A DNA stretch of 63,521 bases, counting the filler, from Octopus bimaculoides (lineage: Eukaryota), in assembly GCF_001194135.2 (NCBI RefSeq). It is 7 parts of 6 records of this genome, joined end to end, with 100 filler letters (N's around TTAATTAATTAA, not from the genome) between each part and the next. Parts side by side here need not be neighbours in the genome. Positions count along the whole stretch, not along the records: positions 25,728 to 50,781 come from NC_068983.1; 6 more parts are not named here. One strand, 5' to 3'. The position numbers were made by a program, and so were the translations under genes. Below are positions 36,991-50,781 of the stretch, in pieces; position 1 is the first letter of the stretch, and each line of letters opens with the position of its first letter. Under the pieces are notes generated by a model. It did no database searches. It was not told the DNA's origin and saw only the letters and a list, made by a program, of their open reading frames with translations.

Positions 36991-37989
36991 ACTTTAATTA
37001 TATAGTACTTTTACATATAATAAAACCGTTTATACATATGAGACAATGCTTTATGAAAATTATTGCACGTATGTGTATTTGTTGGTGTAAACACAGCAAG
37101 CGTTTGTATGTGCATATACTATGTACGTATACGCACGCACACTAAAAAATACCATTAACTAGTGTTCAACTTATTTTTCACGTTTGTCTATATAATATAC
37201 TTTCTCAAACTTCATACGTTTTCCTTTCAGTTTTTCACTTTTAAAAGGCGACGAATACTGCTCTAGTTTTACCTCTTTATCTGTCTTTCCAATTGTCCTG
37301 TTATCCACGCTTGATGCTATCAGTCGTTGTTCATTCAAATATCAAACATCTCGTTCATCTCAGTCATTTATCCCTCTTGTTCCTCTTTCTTTAGCTCGCT
37401 TTATCATACTTCGGTCTTTCATTTCATCTAATTTTGCTTCTCACTTAATAAACAGAATCAATTTAAAAGGAATTGAAATAGAACATCTTCGTATATATAT
37501 GTGTGTGTGTATACGCACGCACACACACACGCACACACACACGCACACACACACGCACACACACACGCACACACACACACACACATACACACAAANNNNN
37601 NNNNNNNNNNNNNNNNNNNNNNNNNNNNNNNNNNNNNNNNNNNNNNNNNNNNNNNNNNNNNNNNNNNNNNNNNNNNNNNNNNNNNNNNNNNNNNNNNNNN
37701 NNNNNNNNNNNNNNNNNNNNNNNNNNNNNNNNNNNNNNNNNNNNNNNNNNNNNNNNNNNNNNNNNNNNNNNNNNNNNNNNNNNNNNNNNNNNNNNNNNNN
37801 NNNNNNNNNNNNNNNNNNNNNNNNNNNNNNNNNNNNNNNNNNNNNNNNNNNNNNNNNNNNNNNNNNNNNNNNNNNNNNNNNNNNNNNNNNNNNNNNNNNN
37901 NNNNNNNNNNNNNNNNNNNNNNNNNNNNNNNNNNNNNNNNNNNNNNNNNNNNNNNNNNNNNNNNNNNNNNNNNNNNNNNNNNNNNNNNN

Positions 37990-38039
<50 letters not shown>

Positions 38040-40739
38040 CACACACATTTATTTATATACGTGTATAGATTGACTCTATATTTTATAAGTAAACTATATG
38101 GATATGTCTATACACACACACACTCACACACACCTATACACACACTCACGTATGCGCACGCAAACGCACATAATTATATTGACTGATTGAAATGCATAAC
38201 TTTATTTGTCATATATTTCAAATAATTATTTAAACATTCATTTAATTTTTATTCGGTAAATAATTTAAAATATTGTTTTTAGATTTAGAATATCATTGAA
38301 AATATCTTCATCATCTGCAACATCATAATCACTATCAGCAGCAGCAGCAGCAGCACCACCTCCAACATCAGCTGAATTAATAGAAAATGTGAATAAGAAT
38401 TTAGTGTAAAATAAACAAGAAATAATTAATACAATTAAAGTAAAAATCTAATATATCACTGCAAATGGAAACAAATGCGAACAATTTTCAAAACAATTTA
38501 AAAACAAGAAGAAATAAGAAATATAAACAGAAAATAAATACGCCAGAAACCCCTCTCCCCACCAAAAAATAGCATCTCTTAGAAATAATTATGTTGTAAA
38601 GCATATTAATAGCTTCGGGCAATTTAATGCAATATGAAAATTAAAAGATAATTTTGAAGAGTTTTGGCTTATTACCGAAACTGATGAAGCAATGATGTTA
38701 TTTTACATTAAAAAATAACAATTTTCTTTAAATATTACACAAATGACCTTTATGTGTATACACATTCATACACGCACACACATACATGCATACATATATA
38801 TATACGTATATACATATATGTATATATATAAATGTATAAATATACATATATATATGTATATATGTATATAAATATATATGTATATATATATATATATATA
38901 TATNNNNNNNNNNNNNNNNNNNNNNNNNNNNNNNNNNNNNNNNNNNNNNNNNNNNNNNNNNNNNNNNNNNNNNNNNNNNNNNNNNNNNNNNNNNNNNNNN
39001 NNNNNNNNNNNNNNNNNNNNNNNNNNNNNNNNNNNNNNNNNNNNNNNNNNNNNNNNNNNNNNNNNNNNNNNNNNNNNNNNNNNNNNNNNNNNNNNNNNNN
39101 NNNNNNNNNNNNNNNNNNNNNNNNNNNNNNNNNNNNNNNNNNNNNNNNNNNNNNNNNNNNNNNNNNNNNNNNNNNNNNNNNNNNNNNNNNNNNNNNNNNN
39201 NNNNNNNNNNNNNNNNNNNNNNNNNNNNNNNNNNNNNNNNNNNNNNNNNNNNNNNNNNNNNNNNNNNNNNNNNNNNNNNNNNNNNNNNNNNNNNNNNNNN
39301 NNNNNNNNNNNNNNNNNNNNNNNNNNNNNNNNNNNNNNNNNNNNNNNNNNNNNNNNNNNNNNNNNNNNNNNNNNNNNNNNNNNNNNNNNNNNNNNNNNNN
39401 NNNNNNNNNNNNNNNNNNNNNNNNNNNNNNNNNNNNNNNNNNNNNNNNNNNNNNNNNNNNNNNNNNNNNNNNNNNNNNNNNNNNNNNNNNNNNNNNNNNN
39501 NNNNNNNNNNNNNNNNNNNNNNNNNNNNNNNNNNNNNNNNNNNNNNNNNNNNNNNNNNNNNNNNNNNNNNNNNNNNNNNNNNNNNNNNNNNNNNNNNNNN
39601 NNNNNNNNNNNNNNNNNNNNNNNNNNNNNNNNNNNNNNNNNNNNNNNNNNNNNNNNNNNNNNNNNNNNNNNNNNNNNNNNNNNNNNNNNNNNNNNNNNNN
39701 NNNNNNNNNNNNNNNNNNNNNNNNNNNNNNNNNNNNNTATATATATATATATATATATATATTCACTCACATATACATTTATATCTATGCATTTGCCTCA
39801 TATACGTGTATATGTGCGTGTGTATTCACATTGTATGATATACGAACATTATGTGTTTACGTGTATGTGCGTGTATTTTGAGTGCGTGTGTGATAACTGT
39901 ATACATATGTGTGCTTTAATGAATGTGTGTCTGTGTGTGTATTTGCTTCCATCTCTCCTTACACTAATCGCGTAAGTTGGAAAATATTTACACAGATAAG
40001 AGAAAAAATATAAAGAATGGAAACTTTTATACATAGCTTCTTGTTTGACTGTTTCTGTTTGAAGCAATTAATGTAGTATACACAAAACTATTTGAAATTA
40101 ATTGCTATCATTTTTTAAAAATTTGTGTATTTGTTTTACAGTATTTATTTAATTTGCTTTTGAATCATTTTTTTTAGTTTAATCTCTGTAATATTTTAAA
40201 CCTTTACGTTAATTTTTATCAGAGGAATAAATCATGAAATCATATGTGATTACAAAAACCCAGTGAATTTATATGGAGAACTAATTACTAAATTCACTGA
40301 ACTGCAAACAAAGTTTAGACTTAATGTAATAAATATATAAATAATGAATATACGAAGTAATTAAAATATATAAGTTATTAAGTATATAAATTGCTGCATA
40401 TAATGATTAAATATATTTTGAACCATTGAAAATACGGAAATTTCGTTTTTGGAAAATTTTACTTTGTCAATAAGGAAAAAATGGGATTATTTTCATGGCA
40501 GTTTGGTTTATTCTCTTTTTTGTGTATGTTTATTGAAATTGTCTAATTTATCCCATTAAAAAATATACAAAAACAATAGTAAATGTAAATGGAGATGAAG
40601 ATGTTTTACTCATTAGAAAATGGTATGCAACGTGATTGCGATCAAATACTCCAACAGATCCCTCCAAGTAAAAATCATTTCACCAAAATGTCTTTTCACC
40701 AGACGAGAGAATGAAAAAATTAAAGATTTTGCTGGCTAG

Positions 40740-41400
40740 CTGCAAATGAGAAGAAGGCTACTTGCAATACTTTCGAAGAGGAAGTATGCAAGATGATTCA
40801 TAAAATGAAGAGAACAACACACGACAGAAATAGTGCTGATGATCCTGCAATGAAGGATTTCAGATCGAAAGTAGTTGGTTAGTCAATATAGTAAACGGGA
40901 ACTGGCGAGAGGAAGAACCCAAAAGGGGGCACATTCTCTCGTGATGACCCTTCAAAGCTACTGGTGATTGGTAAGCGGAGCATTTGATTCGCAGCAGTTG
41001 TACAAATCAGCTGTTTGTAAGTCTCGGTAGTTTATAGCAAATATATGTCACAATCTAGTATTGGACTATATCCACAAACGTGAAATCTCATCGATACGCT
41101 TTGTAATCAAGCCTCAGACTAACGGCATTTCCACCAGGGTAACTTTTAAACGAAATTGTGCAGAATCTAATTGGATGAGTCATTCTTGTTATTGGACGTT
41201 AGACATAATGCGTCAACCAACTTGACACTACCAGAAGATACTTATTATGTTCTCTGTGTTTCACACATGTGGCTCAGGTCTCAGGTTTCAAATAAATTTT
41301 ACCTCTCCATTTACGAGTTTCGAAGGTCCAAAATGTGTCAAGCGTCGGCTGCCTGGTTCTCAGGCAGAAACAAAAGAGTAAAAACATTTGAGTAATAATT
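40740..41400 (+). pseudogene. Possible very old LINE RT remnant
   Basis: Fragments across frames (TFEEEVCKMIHKMK; PFKATGD; KCVKRRLPGSQ) loosely follow the order of LINE RT motifs; many stops. Confidence 0.3.
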
Positions 41401-42984
41401 ATACAGCTGAATCCCGTTGTAAGTAAATTTACACATATATTCATTCAAGCATCTAATCTAATGATGCCTGAAAATATGATTTAGACTGATATCGAGAGAA
41501 AGAATACTTATATCAAAAGAATTCTTGTTATAGAAATACGTTACTGCATTTTTGGAGGTGACACTAATCATTAGACGAAGAATGGCTTGTATCGAAAAAA
41601 ATATTATATAACAGATTAAAGTATAAGTATTAAGTACGTTTACATAAGAATAAAGTGAATATAGCAGGTTAATGTATAAATAAAGTTAAAGGATATATTT
41701 ATGAAAATCTTATTAATGTTTTGTACAAAAATTATTCGGTGGATTTAACATGACGTTTAACAAGTAAAAAAATATGATTTTCTGGTTTTATTCATTGCAC
41801 TACATTTAACGTATCTTCACTGAATACATTTTCCTGATCGGGTTTTCTGCGGTCTTCGCATTTGTTGTCTCGAACATTGCGACTCTTAAAACTGTTTACT
41901 GGGTTTCTGTAGCGCATAAAGGACCGATTTATAACATTCCTGTGTACAAGATATCAGTCTATTGCAGGTTTCAAAGCTAATAAATTTAAGGAGAGCGTGG
42001 ATGTTGATTATGCCAGTCTCTGTACTTGACTCGTACTTTATTATATCCATCCGGAAGGGCTCAAAGGAAAAACTGACTGCGGCGAGATTTGAGCTCAAAA
42101 CGTAAAGAGCCAGAAGAAATACTATTAAACATTTTACCTGGTGTGCTAACAATTTTCTCAGTGCGCTGCTATTGTTCATTGTATTAGATACCAAAATTAT
42201 CTATTTTGTTTCTACAGGGAAATCATCTCCTAATGATAGACAACATTTTTTTTTTTACTTTTAATATCTTTTTTTTTTTTGTCACATCACCCTCGACAAA
42301 CATATTGCACATATACTTTTAGTATTACTTCATGGAATGCGCAGAAATATTTCTGTGCTGAAGAGGTTAAATGGTAGAGAACCATGTCCAGATTCTCTGC
42401 CAAAATCATGAATGTGATTTTAATGATCGAAGATTAGCATTTTAAATTAGACATGTAGTATTTACTACATGAATAAATCAACATAGTTTTACATAATTTA
42501 ACATAAGTTTAACATAATTTAATTACTATTGTCAATGTAAGTGGGAGTGAGTGGTGCCTAGCTATGTTTGTGTCAACATAGTTACTTTAAAAGCACTTAA
42601 ATTTGTTACTAGTGAACTAATCATCTTAGTGTTTACAAACATTTCAATCCCCCATGAGAATCAGACCGACATTTTGGAATAAAATGTCATTAAATAAATT
42701 GAAAAATTACATTTCTGTTGAATTGTTCTAGAAATAATACTGTCACAAAAGTCTGCTAGAAGTGTCTATATTTCTATTCATTTTTTCCATGGCTGTGATA
42801 TGCCTTACATTAGATCTGTTTTTATTTTTGCTTTATCTAGAAAGCATTAGGTTAGGGAGAAGTACATCATTGGTTCCATACCTCACAGTTAAAAGCAAAG
42901 ACTTTGAAATGATCATTAATTCTACACACAGGCATGTTTCTATGTGCATTCTAATGCATGCAAACACACACACGCGCACATAAG

Positions 42985-43027
<43 letters not shown>

Positions 43028-44019
43028 NNNNNNNNNNNNNNNNNNNNNNNNNNNNNNNNNNNNNNNNNNNNNNNNNNNNNNNNNNNNNNNNNNNNNNNNN
43101 NNNNNNNNNNNNNNNNNNNNNNNNNNNNNNNNNNNNNNNNNNNNNNNNNNNNNNNNNNNNNNNNNNNATATAAGTATATATATATACATATATACACATA
43201 CATACATTATATATATACATGTATATATAAAAATAAAATATTGCAATACAAATATATTACTTCACAGTAAAATAAAGTACCGTAAAGGTAGAAGTATAAA
43301 TATAAATATAGATTAGTAGTTCAACAAGGCACCAATATTCACTGGAAATTACAGTCGATAGAATTACGACACTATAATAAAGCTTCACTGCTTATATACT
43401 GGCAAAGAGATGTGGGTGCAACAAACATGAAAAATTTGTCTTACCTCTAGGAAGAACATTCGATAAATGGACAACCCTGAATCGGATAATTCAGGACCGG
43501 TTTCTCATTCTTCAAATACGTTTGTCAACGTAAATTTGATCAGTCTTCATCAGCTTGTTGTACCAGTAATCTATATTTATATTTATATTTATATTTATAC
43601 ATGTATATATATATTTGTAAATATATATGCAGTTCCCCAACACCAAATGCACCAAGTTCTCCGGCACCAACTGCATCGACATCTATACCTGATATAAATA
43701 GATGTTTTACCAAAATATATATCCTGGCAGGTGCCATGATACGAGTTAACTAGTGTCATTTTGCAAATAAAAGGTGCCTTTAGTGTTTCCAAAAAATACT
43801 CACAATATTAGTCCCAGACGCCAGTTCATTTTAAGCGTGTTACAATAAAATAGACCTCTACGATTATGCTCGTACCTGACAAAATTGTATAGATTGCCAA
43901 CTACGAGATAACTCGTAGCTGGCAGTCAGCGTGTGGATACGCAGCAGTAGTGAAGATGGATGAATGAAAGAAAGAATATATAAGAGTTATGAGGAGATAA
44001 GAGCGGGGTGGGGTTGAAA

Positions 44020-44470
44020 TTATTTATATTTCGAGAACAGATTTAGTATTCGATGTTTGCAGGTGAATATTATACTGCTGCGTTCATTCAGACAGTCTGT
44101 GGGTTGCAAAATAGCTCTGACCTCAGCTGTGCAGAGATCAAACTTATTATTATATCTGCAGTAAGGTTTGGCGTGAGTGATTATGGACCATTTGAGAGTG
44201 TAAGGAGTTGCCTTGAATCTAATAAAGATAACCTTGACCCGAAGAGTAACCCGCAGTATACACACCACTTGGATCTTACCACATCTGAGGTTCCACTCAT
44301 TATGAAACCTATGTATCCCGGATTTCCCACACTCCATTCTTTAACTCTTGTATTCTTTTTTGAACCTGGTTGCTTACTGAGGAATATAAAAAGAACATTT
44401 TCCAGCCCATCGTTCTTTGATAAAAGAATAAATCCGCAATCTTCCGTCACAATAAACCATTATTGTTCCT
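44020..44470 (-). pseudogene. Penelope-like element C-terminal GIY-YIG region, decayed
   Basis: WAGKC...GYIG...YTLKWSIITHAKPYCRYNNKFDLCTAEVRAILQPTDCLNERSSIIFTCKH resembles the W.I...A.PY...C.LC..EK..I...LN.RSE...CRH tail of invertebrate PLEs. Confidence 0.65.
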
Positions 44471-44671
44471 GAAAGTTGTTTTTTTTATATTCACTACAGA
44501 TCGCACAAAGCTAACTCTTTCTTTCTAGAGCTCGATCCCTGGATCTTACATTTATTTGTGTGTTTATATATNNNNNNNNNNNNNNNNNNNNNNNNNNNNN
44601 NNNNNNNNNNNNNNNNNNNNNNNNNNNNNNNNNNNNNNNNNNNNNNNNNNNNNNNNNNNNNNNNNNNNNNN

Positions 44672-44710
<39 letters not shown>

Positions 44711-44721
44711 ATGTATGCGTG

Positions 44722-44771
<50 letters not shown>

Positions 44772-44779
44772 CATATATG

Positions 44780-44813
<34 letters not shown>

Positions 44814-45769
44814 TGTATGTATTTCATTAACTCTATGAGCAATTGCAATACTAATGCAGTTATGCAAATGACATGACTCACCAGCATAGGTGAATGATAA
44901 ATTATTTTCCGTGTATTGTTTGAATCTGACTAAACTTCATATATTCAAATTTGAGAATATTAAGTCCTGTAACTCACTGCCGTAAATATCTAAATTTAAT
45001 GTGGACACATTCGTTCGTTTGGTTTCTAACCATCCAATAAGATGAATTGTTCTACATAACGAATTGACTTTTAACTAATATAAGCCGAGATGATTTTCAA
45101 AGGTGAGGAAGAAGTACAGTGTATGATTCATATCGTTTATCATATCACCAGTACAGTTGTGCTATCAAAGGCTAAGAATTTGAATTCGTATATTGCCATA
45201 TACTGCCATATTCCTGGCAGTAACAGTTATTAATTTCTCGCAGGTCATTATTTAACAGCAGTTAATGTTAATATATCTAATAGGATAAATTGTGCAAGAG
45301 TTTGCTAAGTTTATACTCAGTATATGAAACTCTTGAATGAGCTTAATTATACACGAATAGATGCCGCTGAAAGCCCTCACCACTACCTCGGATTATCCTT
45401 ATTAACTTAATATTTTAAGTATCAGACTTATTTAACGCTTAACTAAATGCTAAGAATAAACATATCTATGATTTCTTTTCTTGTGTTACTATATCGACAC
45501 TAACACACTTTGTGATTTCTTTGTCAAAGATTTAGTGATTGTCATTGAATATTCATGGAAGAATAAAGACACCAGTTTTATTGCGTTCTTTTTAGAATTT
45601 TTGTTTTTTAAAAAACGCTATTTTATTGACTTCAAACAGACAAGAACGTTACAACTCGCTGAACACCCAGAACGTAATAAATCGGAACAAATATAATTAT
45701 TTATTTATTTGTTTATTTATTTATTATTATTATTATTATCATAAATTTAATTTTGATTGCTAAAATGAG

Positions 45770-46383
45770 CAACCAAAGTAAAATTTGTGATAAACTGGCA
45801 CCGAAATTTCGCTAGCATTTCAAAGGTGTTACATGAAAGTTACCAGCGTATTGCAGGAAAATATCCTCGTTTCAAATAAATATTCCCTCCGCCGTCTATT
45901 GTGGTCTTTAGACGGAATACAAATATAAGAGAAATATTAAACACTACCTCTAACTACCCAAAAAAACTATCACTGAAGTTTTTGAACGCTGCTCTTTGAA
46001 AAATCATAACAGAAATGTTATGATTTATACAGAAGGTGGGACGTGTAAAGTTTCCCCATTTCGTGTACGCAGCATAATGCACCAAACACAACTTGATTTA
46101 TGTTGGTTGTACAACAGGACAATTAAACAATGGGCACAAGTATGACGCCAGGCTCAATAGCTGCAGTTCGACAGAACTTGCCGAACATTTAATATCAAAC
46201 GGTTACAAATTGGATGAACACCTGAAATTGCACATCCTCAGAAAATATTCGGAATCTATTTCCCTTTCAATCCTTAAAATGCATGAGGACAAATATATTT
46301 GTGAATTACCGATGTCACGCCCTGGTGGAATGAATAAAATGACTGGGGCATTTCATCACATTTATACAAAACTGTTCGACTAA
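45770..46383 (+). pseudogene. Penelope-like element 3' ORF remnant (GIY-YIG)
   Basis: KFVINWHRNFASISKVL...IFPPPSIVVFRRNTNIREIL; VYAA.CTKHNLIYVGCT; LAEHL; HEDKYICEL...PGGMN. Confidence 0.8.
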
Positions 46384-46542
46384 ATAGTCTTCTTTTCTTT
46401 CCATTTTTCCCCTTTTTTTTCTTTCTGTATTCTTTTACCAGTTACTAAATTGGGAACTGACATCATTCTATCAAAATAGAAAGGTAGGATTTCCTCGTTT
46501 ATATTTCAAATTTTGTGCTCCTGCAGTTATTTTCATTTTACA

Positions 46543-46588
46543 TCTTGAATTGGAAGAAGACAGACGATCTATCGAAATATCGTTCAGA
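46543..46588 (+). ncRNA. Degenerate minimal type-I hammerhead in the PLE 3' region
   Basis: UCU(U)GAAU / GUUCAGA helix I; core UGGAAGA-A (two changes); GACAG-ACGAU-CUAUC; GAAA; AUAU palindrome; AUC triplet. Confidence 0.6.
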
Positions 46589-46656
46589 CCTTTAAATAAA
46601 CTATTACAAATCGCATTGCGCTATACTTATTGTCTAATAATACTAATAATTGGAAG

Positions 46657-46831
46657 ACGAAGAAGAAGAAGAAGAAGAAGAAGAAGAAGAAGAAGAAGAA
46701 GAAGAAGAAGAAGAAGAAGAAGAAGGAGGAGGAGGAGGAGGAGGAGGAGGAGGAGAAGAAGAAGAAGAAGAAGAAGAAGAAGAAGAAGAAGAAGAAGAAG
46801 AAGAAGAAGAAGAAGAAGAAGAAGAAGAAGA
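46657..46831. repeat. (GAA)n(GGA)n(GAA)n homopurine tract
   Basis: Direct inspection. Confidence 0.95.
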
Positions 46832-46849
46832 AAGGAACACTAAAAAAGA

Positions 46850-47422
46850 GACCGAGATGACTATACTGGCTTTGTATAGTCATCTCGAGCCTACCAATGA
46901 GCAAATGTCTGCGCTGCACGGCACTTGTAATAGAGCGGATGAAACCATTGCCTATATCACAAATGAATGCCCTACACCTGCCTCAAACCATTACAAGTTG
47001 TGGCGACATGATCAGGTAGCGAAAGTGCTACACTGGAAACTGTGCGAAAACTGTGGGCTAGAGAGAGGCAAGACGTGGTATGAGCTCAAACCTCAGAGAA
47101 TGGTGGAGTCGGAGACTAGCAATATCCTTTGGGATTTCACGGTGGTGAACAAGATGCACTTCATGTGCTATATAGTTGATGTTGCATGCCACTTTGACCC
47201 ACGAATAAACAAGAAGGAAGGCGAAAAATAGATAAATACAACCCCATTAAGTACGAAATAGCCCGACTGTAGAAAATGAAGAAGGTGTAGTCAGTGCCAG
47301 TAATTGTTGAGTCACCAAAGGGAATATCAAAAGAAATTGGAATAGAGTATCCAGCAGAACTGTTACAAAAGGTTTGCTTCTTTGGCAGGGCCAAAACAAT
47401 CAGAAATATAATACATAGCTGA
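46850..47422 (+). pseudogene. Second R4/Dong-like LINE 3' end (CCHC plus REL endonuclease), decayed
   Basis: CNRADETIAYITNECP...RHDQVAKVLHWKLC...WYELKPQRMVESETSNILWDF...IVDVACHFDPRINKKEGEKIDKY. Confidence 0.85.
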
Positions 47423-47524
47423 AAAGAACCAATAGCATGGTACCGTAGGCTGCAGGTCGCAAGCCCGCTACGCATGAAGGACTCCAGAAGTTATAACAGA
47501 CCAGTGATAAAAAGAAAGAGTCGT

Positions 47525-47563
47525 TATTATCATCATCATCATCATCATTATTATTATTATTAC

Positions 47564-47622
<59 letters not shown>
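47525..47622. repeat. (ATC)n(ATT)n microsatellite
   Basis: Direct inspection. Confidence 0.95.
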
Positions 47623-47623
<1 letters not shown>

Positions 47624-47759
47624 GAACAACACGAATTACACATAAAACAATGAAAACACTAACACAACAAAAAACTACAACCAAACCAAACTACAACACA
47701 AACCGATGCAATACCGGAAAGAATTTGCACTCCGTAACAACAAAAAAAAGAAGGCACAT

Positions 47760-47857
<98 letters not shown>

Positions 47858-48249
47858 TCACGTAAAAGACGGACGTGCAGCAGGTGATGCAGTAGAAATC
47901 TGCTTGGAGGTGTCAAATGTTGGTGACGACGACGACGACGACCACGATGATGATGACCATGATGATGCTAACAATTTTAATGATGAAGAAAAAAAAAGAA
48001 ACAAACAAGCAAACTCAACTCGCAAAAATACATGTTAAACGATTTGAAAAGTTCAATAATATTTTTTTTTAAATATTAAAAAGCTATGACAAGCAGATTG
48101 CTTCGATCTTCTCAACATCATTAATCATTTGGTCTGAAAATAAGAAACACTCCAGCATCTAGCAAATTGTTATGAGTTGTATTCTAGTCAAACATTTGTG
48201 ACAGAAACTGCTATCATGCGCATTTGCATATGTAAATGCATATCTGTAT

Positions 48250-48545
48250 GCGTAGCTGTGAGGTAAGAAGTTTTCTTCCTAACCACGCGGTTCCGGGTTC
48301 AGTCTCGCTGCATGACATCTTGTATGTATGTATGTATGTATGTACGTATGTATGTATGTATCTATCTATCTATCTATACATTTGATGCAACAGGCAAGCT
48401 TTGCTGTGTGGGAAGAAACTTGCTTTGATACCAAATGGTGCCGGGTTCAGTCCCACTGATTCGCACTTTTGGCAAGTGTCTTCTTTAGCGTCGGGCCGAC
48501 CAAAGGCTTGTGAGTGGATTTGGTAGATGGACAGTGCAAGAAACT
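48250..48545 (+). mobile_element. Two SINE A head fragments separated by (ATGT)n
   Basis: ggttccgggttcagtc and ggtgccgggttcagtcccact...gggcaagtgtcttc-like...gtgagtggatttggtag. Confidence 0.7.
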
Positions 48546-49692
48546 CGTGTGGATTTTTCCCTTATGAGATTTTTTCCCTTATGATGTTTTTTTTCACGCT
48601 AGCTACTTGATAAATTCTTGTAAAAGAATTCGTTCTATTATTGAATTTATATATATATGTACATGCATACACACACATACACACACAAAATGGTAACGAA
48701 ACTCAGGAATACCATCTGGCTGATAAGTGATGAAGAATTAGGGACCTTCTGTGTCTGTCTTCCGTTCGTTTGTACACTCAATATACATTATATCTTTTGT
48801 GTATCGTTGGTGCATTCACTATACATTTTTTCAATTAATAAGTAAGGGGACGCAATGCTCCCTGGTCCTTATCGCTCACTGTCACTCTNNNNNNNNNNNN
48901 NNNNNNNNNNNNNNNNNNNNNNNNNNNNNNNNNNNNNNNNNNNNNNNNNNNNNNNNNNNNNNNNNNNNNNNNNNNNNNNNNNNNNNNNNNNNNNNNNNNN
49001 NNNNNNNNNNNNNNNNNNNNNNNNNNNNNNNNNNNNNNNNNNNNNNNNNNNNNNNNNNNNNNNNNNNNNNNNNNNNNNNNNNNNNNNNNNNNNNNNNNNN
49101 NNNNNNNNNNNNNNNNNNNNNNNNNNNNNNNNNNNNNNNNNNNNNNNNNNNNNNNNNNNNNNNNNNNNNNNNNNNNNNNNNNNNNNNNNNNNNNNNNNNN
49201 NNNNNNNNNNNNNNNNNNNNNNNNNNNNNNNNNNNNNNNNNNNNNNNNNNNNNNNNNNNNNNNNNNNNNNNNNNNNNNNNNNNNNNNNNNNNNNNNNNNN
49301 NNNNNNNNNNNNNNNNNNNNNNNNNNNNNNNNNNNNNNNNNNNNNNNNNNNNNNNNNNNNNNNNNNNNNNNNNNNNNNNNNNNNNNNNNNNNNNNNNNNN
49401 NNNNNNNNNNNNNNNNNNNNNNNNNNNNNNNNNNNNNNNNNNNNNNNNNNNNNNNNNNNNNNNNNNNNNNNNNNNNNNNNNNNNNNNNNNNNNNNNNNNN
49501 NNNNNNNNNNNNNNNNNNNNNNNNNNNNNNNNNNNNNNNNNNNNNNNNNNNNNNNNNNNNNNNNNNNNNNNNNNNNNNNNNNNNNNNNNNNNNNNNNNNN
49601 NNNNNNNNNNNNNNNNNNNNNNNNNNNNNNNNNNNNNNNNNNNNNNNNNNNNNNNNNNNNNNNNNNNNNNNNNNNNNNNNNNNNNNNNNNNN

Positions 49693-49760
<68 letters not shown>

Positions 49761-50288
49761 CCATCTATGAGTAAGAATCTCAGAGGCATCGAGTGTAACG
49801 TGAGGTTACTGATATTAATCGGCTTATAATTCCGAACAAGAGTAGAAACTTCAGGGTGGGGGGTTTATAGATGTATTCTAACGCAGTAAATGACTAATAC
49901 TCCATTTATCGAGTTGGATGGATGAAAGTCAATGTTGACCTCAGTGAGGTTTATCTCAGAATGTAAAAAGTACCAAAAGAAATAATATCATAACACATTT
50001 TCTATCAACGCTTTAACGAATTTGCCATAAATGACCTTCCTTCCATGAAGTAGTTATCTTATTCCTGCTGGTGATGACCTTTGACCAAATCGTGGTCCAT
50101 ATTAGAAACTGATGATCAATACCAATGTTATTGATGCCATGATCGTTTTCCAATGTTTTTAGGGTACAGTGTACTATAGCACCAAATGTAAAGCGGTTTA
50201 TCACATTCAAGCAGCAGAGTAGGTATGATTTAATGGAAGTCTGGCAGCTTATTCTTCTTTATTGTGTGATGTACAACAGCTTCCTGCA

Positions 50289-50327
<39 letters not shown>

Positions 50328-50360
50328 TATACATGCACATATATATACGTATATATATAT

Positions 50361-50781
50361 ATGGATAAGTGAAGTGCTCAGTACACAATTCAAGAGTGTC
50401 TTCACTTCTCCTCTGAGTCACATGCAGAACAAGAACCCAGCTGATTTCTTTGACAATAGCACTCAGCAGAAACAGACTGCATCCATTACCTACATCGACA
50501 TTGAAGAGGAAGTTGTGGTAGCTGCCATAAATGAAATGAGCTCAAATTCGGCAACTGGGCCCGATGGTTTCCCAGCTGTCCTCTTAAAGTCGTGTAAACA
50601 AGAATTAGCAGGACCACTCCGGATACTCTTCCAGAGTTTCCTTGCAAATGGTAAGCTTCCCAAAAAAGCTGAAGGAAGGCACCATATGTCCTATCCATAA
50701 AGGTGGAAGCAGAGCAGAGGCTGGGAACTACAGGCCCATCTCTCTGACTTCACATATTAGCAAAATCATGGAACGAATTGT
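50361..50781 (+). mobile_element. CR1/Jockey-like LINE ORF2 fragment (start of RT)
   Basis: EEVVVAAINEMSSNSATGPDGFPAVLLKSCKQELAGPLRILFQSFL..G; frameshift; ICPIHKGGSRAEAGNYRPISLTSHISKIMERI. Confidence 0.9.

Noticed and set aside
41886-42194. 102-aa minus ORF with a signal-peptide-like stretch; plus-strand frames looked GPCR-like
   Set aside because: No family motif holds across frames, stops flank it, and no consistent exon chain could be built; decayed TE is more likely
43440-43750. Coding-like island with splice-like sites on both strands (KYVCQRK, C-type-lectin-like)
   Set aside because: Stops in every frame between candidate splice sites; similarity too short
44053-44472. 139-aa plus-strand ORF with a good tttgcag acceptor, as a possible terminal exon
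   Set aside because: It is the antisense register of the recognisable minus-strand PLE endonuclease tail, and its own translation has no recognisable motif
47422-47622. R4/Dong-like LINE followed by an ATT repeat as evidence of (TAA)n targeting
   Set aside because: The repeat is about 100 nt beyond the ORF end and in the opposite orientation to a sense (TAA)n tail
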